Shown here in pieces: positions 51,457-61,234 of a stretch of DNA of 64,000 nucleotides. The notes beneath the pieces are model-generated. The model worked only from the letters and a program-made list of their open reading frames with translations. It ran no database searches and was not told the origin of the DNA. Position 1 is the stretch's first letter. Each line of letters begins with the position of its first letter. The position numbers and the translations under genes are program-made. Source of the stretch: an uncultured Chlamydiae bacterium (GTDB taxonomy: Bacteria; Chlamydiota; Chlamydiia; Chlamydiales; Parachlamydiaceae); NCBI GenBank assembly GCA_963754655.1, contig CAVWGN010000001.1:736001-800000 (forward strand). The letters are read 5' to 3'.

Positions 51457-53922
51457 ATGAAAACTTTAAAAGCATGCTTACTATTTATTTTGCTCTGTCG
51501 TTCATTTTTTATTGATGCACAAGTCACCTTTCAACCTGTAACAGGTTCGCCATTTTCTACAGGCAGTGGTCCTAGTTCAGTCGCATTTTCGCCGGACGTT
51601 TCGGGAAATGTATTTGCCGCTGTTGCAAACAGTGGTGATAACAATGTCTCCGTCTATTCAGTCGACACCATGACGGGTGTCTTTACACCTGTTTCGGGCT
51701 CGCCATTTCCTGTGGGCAGCACTCCTTATTCCGTCGCATTTTCGCCGGACGTTTCGGGAAATGTATTTGCCGCTGTTGCAAACAATCTTGATAACGATGT
51801 TTCCGTCTATTCAGTCAATACAACGACAGGTTTGTTTACGCCAGTGTCAGGCTCGCCATTTTCTGCGGGCAGCGCTCCTTATTCCGTCGCATTTTCACCA
51901 GACGTGTCGGGAAATGTATTTGCCGCTGTTGCAAACAGTGGTGATAACAATGTCTCCGTCTATTCAGTCGACACCATGACGGGTGTCTTTACACCTGTTT
52001 CGGGCTCGCCATTTCCTGTGGGCAGCACTCCTTTTTCCGTCGCATTTTCACCGGACGTGTCGGGAAATGTATTTGCCGCTGTTGCAAACACTGTTGATAG
52101 CAATGTCTCTGTCTATTCAGTCAACACGACGACAGGTGCGTTTACGCAAGTGTCGGGCTCGCCATTTTCTACGGGCAGTGGTCCTTATTCCGTCGCATTT
52201 TCACCGGACATTGCGGGGAATTTATTTGCTGCTGTTGCAAACAGTGGTGATAATAATGTCTCCGTCTATTCAGTCAACACGACGACAGGTGCCTTTACGC
52301 AAGTTCCGGGTTCGCCATTTCCTGGCGATTTTTTGTTTGGCGCTGCTATTTCCGTTGCATTTTCGCCGAACGTGGCGGGAAGTTTATTTGCCGCTGTTGC
52401 AAACACTGATGGCATTATCTACATATATTCAGTCAACACGATGACCGGTGTCTTTACGCAAGTTTCGGGTTCCCCATTTTCTGCAAACGGGCTTCCTAGT
52501 TCCGTCGCATTTTCGCCGGACGTGGCGGGGAATTTATTTGTCGCTAGTGTATCTGATTCTAATGCTGTTACCGTATATCAACTTCTTTCTCCACCAACCA
52601 TCAATGGAGTTTCTCCCAATACAGGGCCTTTTAGCGGCGGAACATCAGTAACGATTAGCGGAACTAACTTTACACAATCTACGACTGTAAATTTTGGCGG
52701 CACTCCTTCTCCCTCCGTGACTTTTGTCTCATCGACAGAGCTCATCGCCATTTCACCTGTTGGCAGTGGGACAGTCGATGTGACAGTGACAACAGCTGCT
52801 GGCACGTCTGCCATTTCTCCTGCCGATCAATTCACTTATTTTTTTCCTCCAACAGTTACTGGAGTATCTCCCAATACAGGGCCTTTTAGCGGCGGAACAT
52901 CCGTGACGATTAGCGGAACTAACTTTACACCCTCTACGACTGTCAAGTTTGGCAACACTCCCTCCTCTTCCGTGACTTTTGTCTCATCAACAGAGCTCAT
53001 CGCCATTTCACCTGCTGGCAGCGGGACAGTCGATGTGACAGTGACAACAGCTGCTGGCACGTCTACCATTTCTCCTGCCGATCAATTCACTTATCTTTTT
53101 CCTCCAACAGTCACTGGAGTGTCTCCCAATACAGGACCTTTTAGCGGCGGAACATCCGTGACGATTAGCGGAACTAACTTTACACCCTCTGCGACTGTAA
53201 ATTTTGGCGGCGCTCCTTCTCCCTCCGTGACTTTTGTCTCATCGACAGAGCTTATCGCCATTTCACCTGCTGGCAGCGGGACAGTCGATGTGACAGTGAC
53301 AACAGCTGCTGGCACGTCTACCATTTCTCCTGCCGATCAATTCACTTATCTTTTTCCTCCAACAGTTACTGGGGTATCTCCCAATACAGGGCCTTTTAGC
53401 GGCGGAACATCCGTGACGATTAGCGGAACTAACTTTACACCCTCTACAACTGTTAAGTTTGGTAATACTCCCTCCTCTTCCGTGACTTTTGTCTCATCAA
53501 CAGAGCTCATCGCCATTTCGCCTCCTGGAAGCGGGACAGTCGATGTGACAGTGACAACAGCTGGCAGCACTTCTACCACATCTTCTGCCGATCAGTTTAC
53601 TTATGTTCCTTTACCTCCTAGACATCTTGTAGGATTCCAAAAAATTAACAAATTTGCCACTCAAATAGATATTGTTAATATCTTAACATGGAAACCTCCT
53701 TTGCAAGGATCCTCTTCAATTGTGGCTTATAAAATTTTTCGAAACAAACAACTTACTGAATTGCTAGCTGTCATTCCAAGTCATGAAACACTAAAGTTTA
53801 AAGATCATAATCGCAAAAAAGGAAAAACTTATCACTATTATATTGTATCCGTCGATCAGTTTGGCAATATGTCTGCTCCGTCTAAGGTAAAAGTGCCATC
53901 CATTAAAGAAAAAGACTTATAG
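51457..53922 (+). CDS. Secreted repeat protein: 7-bladed beta-propeller, 4 IPT/TIG domains, FN3-like C-terminus
   Basis: Seven ~51-aa GSPF..G..P.SVAFSPD repeats; four 85-aa PPTVTGVSPNTGP.SGGTSVTISGTNF repeats; signal peptide. Confidence 0.85.
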   Translation: MKTLKACLLFILLCRSFFIDAQVTFQPVTGSPFSTGSGPSSVAFSPDVSGNVFAAVANSGDNNVSVYSVDTMTGVFTPVSGSPFPVGSTPYSVAFSPDVSGNVFAAVANNLDNDVSVYSVNTTTGLFTPVSGSPFSAGSAPYSVAFSPDVSGNVFAAVANSGDNNVSVYSVDTMTGVFTPVSGSPFPVGSTPFSVAFSPDVSGNVFAAVANTVDSNVSVYSVNTTTGAFTQVSGSPFSTGSGPYSVAFSPDIAGNLFAAVANSGDNNVSVYSVNTTTGAFTQVPGSPFPGDFLFGAAISVAFSPNVAGSLFAAVANTDGIIYIYSVNTMTGVFTQVSGSPFSANGLPSSVAFSPDVAGNLFVASVSDSNAVTVYQLLSPPTINGVSPNTGPFSGGTSVTISGTNFTQSTTVNFGGTPSPSVTFVSSTELIAISPVGSGTVDVTVTTAAGTSAISPADQFTYFFPPTVTGVSPNTGPFSGGTSVTISGTNFTPSTTVKFGNTPSSSVTFVSSTELIAISPAGSGTVDVTVTTAAGTSTISPADQFTYLFPPTVTGVSPNTGPFSGGTSVTISGTNFTPSATVNFGGAPSPSVTFVSSTELIAISPAGSGTVDVTVTTAAGTSTISPADQFTYLFPPTVTGVSPNTGPFSGGTSVTISGTNFTPSTTVKFGNTPSSSVTFVSSTELIAISPPGSGTVDVTVTTAGSTSTTSSADQFTYVPLPPRHLVGFQKINKFATQIDIVNILTWKPPLQGSSSIVAYKIFRNKQLTELLAVIPSHETLKFKDHNRKKGKTYHYYIVSVDQFGNMSAPSKVKVPSIKEKDL
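51529..53605 (+). repeat. Intragenic tandem repeats (7 x ~153 bp, 4 x 255 bp)
   Basis: IPT units start near 52591, 52846, 53101 and 53356 with high DNA identity. Confidence 0.9.
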
Positions 53923-54521
53923 CTTTTGCGATGTCTAATCGGGGAATTTTGGAAAGATGAACAAATCGCAAGCTTTGTATGTGAGTAGAATGACTATTGT
54001 GGCTTGGCAAACAAAAGAACTAGTGTAAATGAGTTTTAGTCCTTGTTATGAAGAGATACAACAGATCGATGGTGAGAATGAATAAATTAAGAACGGATCA
54101 TAATCGCAGCATGCAATTTTTTCCGTTTCTTGAACTGGATCCTACACCCGGTCGTCTGATTGAGCTTTCCTGCCTATGTCTGTTTACTTTTATAAGAGGT
54201 ATGTTTACTAATCTCTTTAAGAACACGAGAACGTGTCTTCTGGCTGCCGTGTTTGGCTTCCACCTGTCCTACAAAAACTAACGAAAAGGTCATTAATAAG
54301 GCAGCTATGTATTGCATGATATTCATGTATAAACCTTGTGTTTTGGTTTTATTAATTAGTTATGTAATTAATTATAAAATAAATATTTTAATATTTATTT
54401 AAGACTTAATTAAAAGTATTTAAAATTTTTTAGGATTTAATTAGACAGATTTGATAAAGGCAAATTATTCGAATAAATTAGGAGAGGGAACAAGATTTTA
54501 TTTATCGCTTTTTCACTTTCT

Positions 54522-55157
54522 TTACGCCTTGTTAGCACCTGCTTCAAACCAAAGACGCAACTTTTCTAGCTCTTTTTGTACTTGCTGTATCATCACTTCT
54601 TGCATTTGTTTTTTAGTCATTTCTGCAGAGGAGGGGGGAAAAATGGGATTGCCAAATACACAGGCAACGGCAGAGCCGAACTTAGGCCAGCGGCTATGCC
54701 GTGGCCACGCTTCAAATGTTCCATGGATATAAACAGGGATAATAGGGCATTGCACACGCAAAGCAAGCATGGCAATTCCTAATTTGATTGTTTGCAGTTG
54801 GCCGGTTGACGATCTTTCGCCTTCTGGAAAAATGACGACTTTTTTTCCTTCGGTTAATAATTGGCAAATGAGGCGAAAGGATTCTATATCTTGAGCTGTG
54901 CCATGAACAGGATGAGCATTGAGGTATGAGAGTAGCGCACGCCATCCCTTGTAGCGAAAAAGACTCGCTCGGGCAAGAAAGTGAATTTCTTCTGGCCATG
55001 CTGCTCCAATCAAGGGAGGATCTAAAAAAGAAGCATGATTAGGAGCTAATATTGCTTTTCCTTGAAAAGGAGAATCAGTCCCATAAATGGAAAAACGATA
55101 AAATAAGCGAAAAAAAGTTCGTAGACAAAATGTTGTGATTCGATAAAAAATTTTCAT
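54522..55157 (-). CDS. plsC: 1-acyl-sn-glycerol-3-phosphate acyltransferase
   Basis: NHASFLDPP, FPEGER motifs; follows cmk. Confidence 0.92.
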   Translation of the reverse strand: MKIFYRITTFCLRTFFRLFYRFSIYGTDSPFQGKAILAPNHASFLDPPLIGAAWPEEIHFLARASLFRYKGWRALLSYLNAHPVHGTAQDIESFRLICQLLTEGKKVVIFPEGERSSTGQLQTIKLGIAMLALRVQCPIIPVYIHGTFEAWPRHSRWPKFGSAVACVFGNPIFPPSSAEMTKKQMQEVMIQQVQKELEKLRLWFEAGANKA

Positions 55158-55174
55158 GGAGAGGAACTTAACTT

Positions 55175-56101
55175 CTAGTACTCATTTACATTAGTTTTTG
55201 CCCATTGGGATTGCTTCAAAGCCCCGGATTGGGATGAGATGATTCTCTTGTAGTTCTTCAGACTACATGACGAGGGCTAATCTAACCCAGGGCGATGCCC
55301 TGTGCTAGGGTGTTAATTTTGTGCAAAAAATGAGCTTTATTTTTCACAATAATTGGCATAGTTGAATTGAAGGTCGCATGTTTATGCCGTCCTTTCAGGA
55401 CTCGATGTCTTTTTGATAGAACCCAGGCCTCCGCTTCGCTGCGACCTGGGCTGTAACATGACGGCCCTTCAGGCCTTAACAAGAGATGTTTAAGTCCCTC
55501 TTCTATAGTCCCTAAATCATCTTTTTGTTAAGGCCTGAAGGGCCGTCATGTTACAGCCCAGGTCGCAGCGAAGCGGAGGCCTGGGTTCTATCAAAAAGAC
55601 ATCGAGTCCTGAAAGGACGGCATAAACATGCGACCTTCAATTCAACTATGCCAATTTAACAAGAGATGTTTAAGTCCCTCTTCTATAGTCCCTAAATCAT
55701 CTTTTTGTTAAGGCCTGAAGGGCCGTCATGTTACAGCCCAGGTCGCAGCGAAGCGGAGGCCTGGGTTCTATCAAAAAGACATCGAGTCCTGAAAGGACGG
55801 CATAAACATGCGACCTTCAATTCAACTATGCCAATTATTGTGAAAAATAAAGCTCATTTTTTGCACAAAATTAACACCCTAACCCAGGGCATCGCCCTGG
55901 GTTAGATTAACCCTCGTCATGTAGTCTGAAGAACTACAAGAGAATCATCTCATCCCAATCCGGGGGCTTTGAAGCAATCCCAATGGGCAAAAACTAATGT
56001 GGTTGCTATTACTTAACCACACTGGTTTTTGCCCATTAGAACTGCTTCAACTCCGGGCTTTGAAGCAATCCCAATGGGCAAAAACTAGTGTGGTTAAGTA
56101 A
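55175..56101. mobile_element. Five-layer nested palindrome E[C[D[G[F]]]] with an internal 180-bp tandem duplication, plus an adjacent empty shell E (~56009-56101)
   Basis: Symmetric order E-C-D-G-F-G-D-C-E; D at 55308-55879; 55476-55655 is repeated at 55656-55835. Confidence 0.9.
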
Positions 56102-56789
56102 TAGGAGGACTTTGCTTGGTCTTAAGAGCATCTTTATATTCTAAAATATGGTAAACCACTTCATCAATTGATAAATTAGAAGTATCAATTACATAGGCAT
56201 CTTCGGCTTGGCAAAGAGGAGAATGCTCTCGCGTAGAATCATAAGCATCTCGCTTATTGATGTCTTCAAGACATTTTTCCAATGTGAGATGTTGGGCTTC
56301 TTCAGGGTATTTGGCTTTTAATTCGTCAAAACGCCTTTTTGCTCGAATTTCATTGCGGCCTGTGAGAAAAATTTTTAAAGAGGCGTCAGGAAAAACAACC
56401 GTTCCCATATCCCGTCCTTCAAAAACAACATTAACCCCTACTGCCAATTCGCGCTGAATAGCTGTTAATTTATCTCGAACAGCTTTAATAGCAGAGATTT
56501 CAGACACAGCAAGCGTAACCTCTTTGCCTCGAATTTTTTGAGTAATATCTTCTCCTTCAAAGAAATACATCCTTTCTCTTCGTATGACTTTGATATCAAT
56601 TTGGAAATGGTCTAAAAATTTTTGCAATTGATCGGGTTGATAAAGGTCAATTTTATGTTTAAGAATGCCATAAGTGAGGGTACGATACATTGCTCCTGTA
56701 TCAAAAAAAATAAATCCAACTGATTCAGCTAATTTTTTAGCAACAGCACTTTTGCCTGTTGCAACAGGTCCGTCAATAGTAATAATCAT
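56094..56789 (-). CDS. cmk: Cytidylate kinase
   Basis: IITIDGPVATGKS, DTGAMYR, EGRDMGTVVFPDA. Confidence 0.95.
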   Translation of the reverse strand: MIITIDGPVATGKSAVAKKLAESVGFIFFDTGAMYRTLTYGILKHKIDLYQPDQLQKFLDHFQIDIKVIRRERMYFFEGEDITQKIRGKEVTLAVSEISAIKAVRDKLTAIQRELAVGVNVVFEGRDMGTVVFPDASLKIFLTGRNEIRAKRRFDELKAKYPEEAQHLTLEKCLEDINKRDAYDSTREHSPLCQAEDAYVIDTSNLSIDEVVYHILEYKDALKTKQSPPIT

Positions 56790-56809
56790 ACCAAATTCCA
56801 TTTAAAATG

Positions 56810-57667
56810 TTAACCTACTATGCGCATCTGCAGAAAAAGATACATTAAAGGCAGGGTAAATACCAGGGAATCTACAATGTCGAGCATTCCTCCTAGACCA
56901 GGAAGACTACTGCTATCTTTTACTCCGGCATCGCGCTTAAGCAAAGACTCAGCTAAATCTCCTAATTGTGCTAGAATGGTGATAGTGAGTCCAATCCAAA
57001 TGCTCTGTATCCAAGTCATCTTAAAAACAGCTAGATTTGAAGCAAAAAGAGTAAAAATCACACTCGTTATTAAAGTGGCCCCTGCTCCTCCTATTGCCCC
57101 TTCAATTGTCTTTTTGGGGCTAATGAAAGGGGCAAGTTTTGTTTTGCCAAATATTTTTCCACAAAAGTAAGCCCCAATATCCGTCATTTTACTAGTCAAT
57201 AACACATAACCTAACCATAAGCGTCCATCTTCTACAGCATGAGGCGGAAAAAAATAATTAATGCCTAGGACGCAACTTAAAGGAAGGGTCAAATAGCCAA
57301 TCCCAAATACAGTGATCGCAACATTTCCTAAAGAAGTGGCGGGTTGATTAAAGAAAGCAAGAAAGCACAATAAAAGCGATAGAAGCAAAATCAAAAAAGG
57401 AAGTCCACTCAGCAAGGGATGATGAAAACTGAGGGCAAAGGCAATGAGATAGGCGGTGGAACATCCAATTGCAAGAGTGATAAGAGGTTGAAAGCCTTTA
57501 TTGCGAGCTAAGTGATAATATTCAATAAGAGCTAAGCTGATGATGCCGGCATTGAGTAGAACAAACACTGGTTTAAAAAAAGAGGTATAGGAATAATAGA
57601 TGCTAATGAATAACCCCACAATGCCTAAGCTGCTTATCAGCAAGCGTTGCTTAAACTGGTTGGTCAT
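56810..57667 (-). CDS. cdsA: Phosphatidate cytidylyltransferase
   Basis: DIGAYFCGK, ISPKKTIEG, GDLAESLLKRDAGVKDS. Confidence 0.95.
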   Translation of the reverse strand: MTNQFKQRLLISSLGIVGLFISIYYSYTSFFKPVFVLLNAGIISLALIEYYHLARNKGFQPLITLAIGCSTAYLIAFALSFHHPLLSGLPFLILLLSLLLCFLAFFNQPATSLGNVAITVFGIGYLTLPLSCVLGINYFFPPHAVEDGRLWLGYVLLTSKMTDIGAYFCGKIFGKTKLAPFISPKKTIEGAIGGAGATLITSVIFTLFASNLAVFKMTWIQSIWIGLTITILAQLGDLAESLLKRDAGVKDSSSLPGLGGMLDIVDSLVFTLPLMYLFLQMRIVG

Positions 57668-57673
57668 AAGGCT

Positions 57674-58453
57674 TTATACTCCTCCCCATCGCCTTTGACG
57701 CCCTTGAAAATCGACAATGGCTTCAATTAAGTGCTGAGGGGTAAAATCAGGCCATAAGACAGGAGCAACATGAATTTCAGCATAAGAAATTTGCCATAAA
57801 AGAAAATTACTGACACGTAATTCTCCACTCGTACGGATAAGCAGGTCAGGATCTTTCCATTTATGGGTGTCGAGATAGCGCGAGATAGTCGCTTCGTTAA
57901 TCTCTTCTTTACTGAGAGAGTCAAGATCATAATCATTCAACATGGCACGAAAGGCTCGGCAAATTTCATCGCGTGATCCATAGTTAAGAGCCAAAATGAG
58001 ATTGATCTTATTGCATTCTTGAGTGGCAATCTTCGTTTCTTGAATAGTTTCGCATAAGAAGGAAGGAAGGGCGCTTAAATCTCCAATTGTTTCAACTTTA
58101 ATTCCACTTTGTACCATCTCTTCGCGCTGTTCAATTAAATAACTTGTAAAAAGGGCCATCAACGCTATCACTTCTTCGGGGGGCCGATTCCAATTTTCTG
58201 TGGAGAAACTGTAGAAAGTAATGCCTTTAATGTGTAATTCTTGGGCAGCTTTCACAATTTCCATTAAAGTATCGGCACCTTCGCGATGTCCCTCCTGTAT
58301 GCTAGAAAGACGCTTTTTAGCCCATCGGCGATTCCCATCAGGAATAATGGCAATATGTTGTGGCATGCGTGAATAATCCAAACGAGCTAATTGGGAGGGA
58401 TGAAACCGACTGGATTTTTCCGTAAAAGGGATTATAGCAACATCAACCGACAT
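57674..58453 (-). CDS. uppS: Undecaprenyl diphosphate synthase
   Basis: [39 protein letters not shown]. Confidence 0.96.
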   Translation of the reverse strand: MSVDVAIIPFTEKSSRFHPSQLARLDYSRMPQHIAIIPDGNRRWAKKRLSSIQEGHREGADTLMEIVKAAQELHIKGITFYSFSTENWNRPPEEVIALMALFTSYLIEQREEMVQSGIKVETIGDLSALPSFLCETIQETKIATQECNKINLILALNYGSRDEICRAFRAMLNDYDLDSLSKEEINEATISRYLDTHKWKDPDLLIRTSGELRVSNFLLWQISYAEIHVAPVLWPDFTPQHLIEAIVDFQGRQRRWGGV

Positions 58454-58546
58454 AGTGCTCTCGTAGAAAAGAGGGTTTGCAAAAGAATACCGTAAATAGA
58501 ATTGATTGAGTAGCGTTTTTTTCGGGCTCTGAACACGATAGACATC

Positions 58547-60362
58547 TCAATCTCCAGCTTTTAAAACCTCCATAAACGCATTTTGAGGAATATTCACTTT
58601 TCCGATTTCTTTCATGCGCTTTTTTCCCTTTTTTCTGCTTTTCCCATAGTTTGCGCTTGCGCGTAATATCTCCGCCATAACATTTGGCTGTCACATTTTT
58701 TGTAATGGCTCGAATCGTTTCCCGTGCTACAATTTTGCCTCCAATCGCTGCTTGAATAGGGACTTTAAATAATTGCATGGGAATGACTTCTACCAGTTTA
58801 GCACAAATTGCCCGCCCTTTGCTTTCTGCTTTGGAGCGATGAACAAGGCAAGAAAAGGCATCGACAGGTTCTTCATTGACTCGAATTTCAAGTTTAATAA
58901 TATCACTGGGTTCATAAGTGTCAAACTCATAGTCAAACGAGCCATAGCCTTTGGTAATCGATTTCAGCTTATCATTAAAATCAGTAATGATTTCGTTGAG
59001 TGGAAAGCGATAAGTGAGTAGCAAGCGCCGCGCATCCATGGTTTCTGTTTTGACACAGACTCCACGCTTTTCCATGCCAAGATTCATAATCGCTCCTAAA
59101 TACTCAGAAGGGACCATAATATGGCATTTTACCCAGGGCTCTTCGACTTGCCGAATCAGAGTAGGATCAGGGTAATGAGCAGGATTGTCGACCTCTTTAA
59201 GCGTCCCATCACCCATTAAAAAACGATAGATGACACTTGGAGCGGTCGAAATGATATCAATATCAAATTCGCGTTGAATGCGTTCAAATACAATTTCGAG
59301 ATGGAGTAGTCCTAAAAAACCGCAACGAAATCCAAATCCCAGAGCAGTGCTGCTTTCTTGTTCAATATGCAGAGCTGAATCGTTCAATTGCAATTTGACC
59401 AAAGCATCGCGTAAGGCTTCAAAGTCTGTTGAATCAATGGGATAAATTCCGGCAAAAACGACAGGTGAAATGAGGCGGAATCCTGGCAAAGGAACCTTTG
59501 CGGGATGTTTTTGAAGCGTAAGAGTATCGCCAATTTTAACATCGGAAGTGTTTTTAATATTGGCAATCATGTAGCCGACTTCACCTGGACGCAAGATATC
59601 ACCTGGACGGGCTTTAGGACTAAAAGTTCCAACTTCGAGAACTTCAAAATTTTTATCTGTGACCATCATTCTAATGAGTGATCCCTTCCGGATTTCTCCA
59701 CTGATAATGCGGATATAAACCATGACACCTCGGTAGGTATCATAATGGGAATCAAAGACAAGAGCGCGTAAAATGTCATCCTCAGGTTCTTGCGGAGATG
59801 GAACAGCTGTTAAAATACGCTCGAGAACTTCTTCCACTCCCAATCCTGATTTGGCCGAACAGCCAATAGCGTCGGAAGCATCTAATCCAATGACATCTTC
59901 AATTTGTTTGCGCACACCCTCGACATCTGCTGCAGGTAGATCAATTTTATTGATGACAGGCACAATTTCTAAATTGCGTTCGAGTGCTAAATGGACGTTA
60001 GCTAAGCTTTGAGCTTGAACTCCTTGAGCAGCATCTACTACAAGCAGAGCTCCTTCGCAAGCAGCGAGTGAGCGTGAAACTTCATAGGTAAAGTCAACAT
60101 GTCCTGGAGTATCGATGAGGTTGATTTGATAGGTCTTTCCATCTTTGGCAGGATAATACATTGTCACAGGATGAGCCTTAATGGTAATCCCCCGCTCGCG
60201 TTCAAGATCCATATCATCAAGCAATTGTTCTTGCATATCGCGTGCGGCCACGGTGTGAGTGAGTTCTAATAAGCGATCAGCAAGCGTAGATTTTCCATGG
60301 TCAATATGAGCAATAATGGAAAAATTGCGGATGTTTTTTATATTGTAAGGAGGCTTAGACAT
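58547..60362 (-). CDS. lepA: Elongation factor 4 (LepA), with a one-base frameshift at ~58620-58634
   Basis: [20 protein letters not shown]; the normal tail [24 protein letters not shown] continues in another frame to the stop at 58547. Confidence 0.95.
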
Positions 60363-60560
60363 AGTAAAAGAGTTCTTTCCAAGAATTAGAGATCAATCAA
60401 TTTAATTGATTTTGAGTTTACCATACAGAGGCTAACATATCTAGCTCTTTTTGCCTTTTAACAGGGAGATGAGGACCCTACTATGAATTGAACAATCTGA
60501 ATAGTAATAAATGATTATCTACTTCAAAATTATTTACAAGGAATTCAATAGTACAAGAAT

Positions 60561-60644
60561 TGCGGCCAAGATGACTCGAACATCCACCGAGTTGCCCCGA
60601 CTAGAACCTGAATCTAGCGCGTCTACCAATTCCGCCATGGCCGC
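60561..60644 (-). tRNA. tRNA-Leu(CAG)
   Basis: GCGGCCATGGCGGAATTGGTAGACGCGCTAGATT-CAG-GTTCTAG...GTTCGAGTCATCTTGGCCGCA with long variable arm. Confidence 0.95.
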
Positions 60645-60709
60645 ATGATAGGAAGAATGAAGAATAAGGATAGCTTATTTTTTCATTTAGGTGAAATGAA
60701 AACTGATGC

Positions 60710-61048
60710 TTATTGTTTTTCACTTTCTGGTTTTTGCTTGGAAGGGGGGAAGTACGTTTCTTGACGTTTAGCCCTCATTTGATCTGATATTTCTTGGTTT
60801 TTCTTTGTCTGCTCTGAAGCTTCCTCCTCCTGCTTTTTGGCTCGCATCCCTTTCGCTTGGCGCAATAAGAATGAAGGAACGATTCCTTGTCTAGGAGGGG
60901 CATTGTGATTAGGTAGAGGAAAAGTAGGATTTGGATTACATTCTTCCTTTCCTTTTGTATTGGATGGTTCATTGGAAGGGGGTGGACGACAGCCAGTAGG
61001 GGTAGGGTCGGCTGAATGAAAAGAAGTGCCTCCAATTGTGTGCATCAT
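60710..61048 (-). CDS. Small protein resembling a free-standing protealysin propeptide
   Basis: AAGGAG RBS; Pro-rich N-terminus then GIVPSFLLRQ...ISDQMRAKRQ. Confidence 0.7.
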   Translation of the reverse strand: MMHTIGGTSFHSADPTPTGCRPPPSNEPSNTKGKEECNPNPTFPLPNHNAPPRQGIVPSFLLRQAKGMRAKKQEEEASEQTKKNQEISDQMRAKRQETYFPPSKQKPESEKQ

Positions 61049-61173
61049 TGTCTCCTTAGTTAATGAAAGGAGCCTATTAAATAGATTTTTTATAATAAGT
61101 AATCCTTATAATTGAGGTGAGGTTTCTAATACTCGTTTACGTGCGTTATATCTATTTGGGCGGCTTCACATCC

Positions 61174-61215
61174 CTCTTATGCGTTAAGCTACGAGGTAAG
61201 CTTAACGCATAAGAG
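61174..61215. terminator. 17-bp perfect stem-loop downstream of the M4 protease gene (terminator or repeat remnant)
   Basis: CTCTTATGCGTTAAGCT-8 nt-AGCTTAACGCATAAGAG, 20 bp past the protease stop codon. Confidence 0.5.
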
Positions 61216-61234
61216 AAAATTTTAAAATGATGAT

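Noticed and set aside
52578..53579. Four repeated minus-strand ORFs of 77-78 aa
   Set aside because: Antisense shadows of the IPT/TIG repeats
51457..53922. Diversity-generating retroelement target
   Set aside because: No reverse transcriptase in the window, and repeat differences are not adenine-specific
58443..58620. Novel C-terminal extension of LepA
   Set aside because: Artefact of a one-base frameshift; the canonical tail is present in another frame
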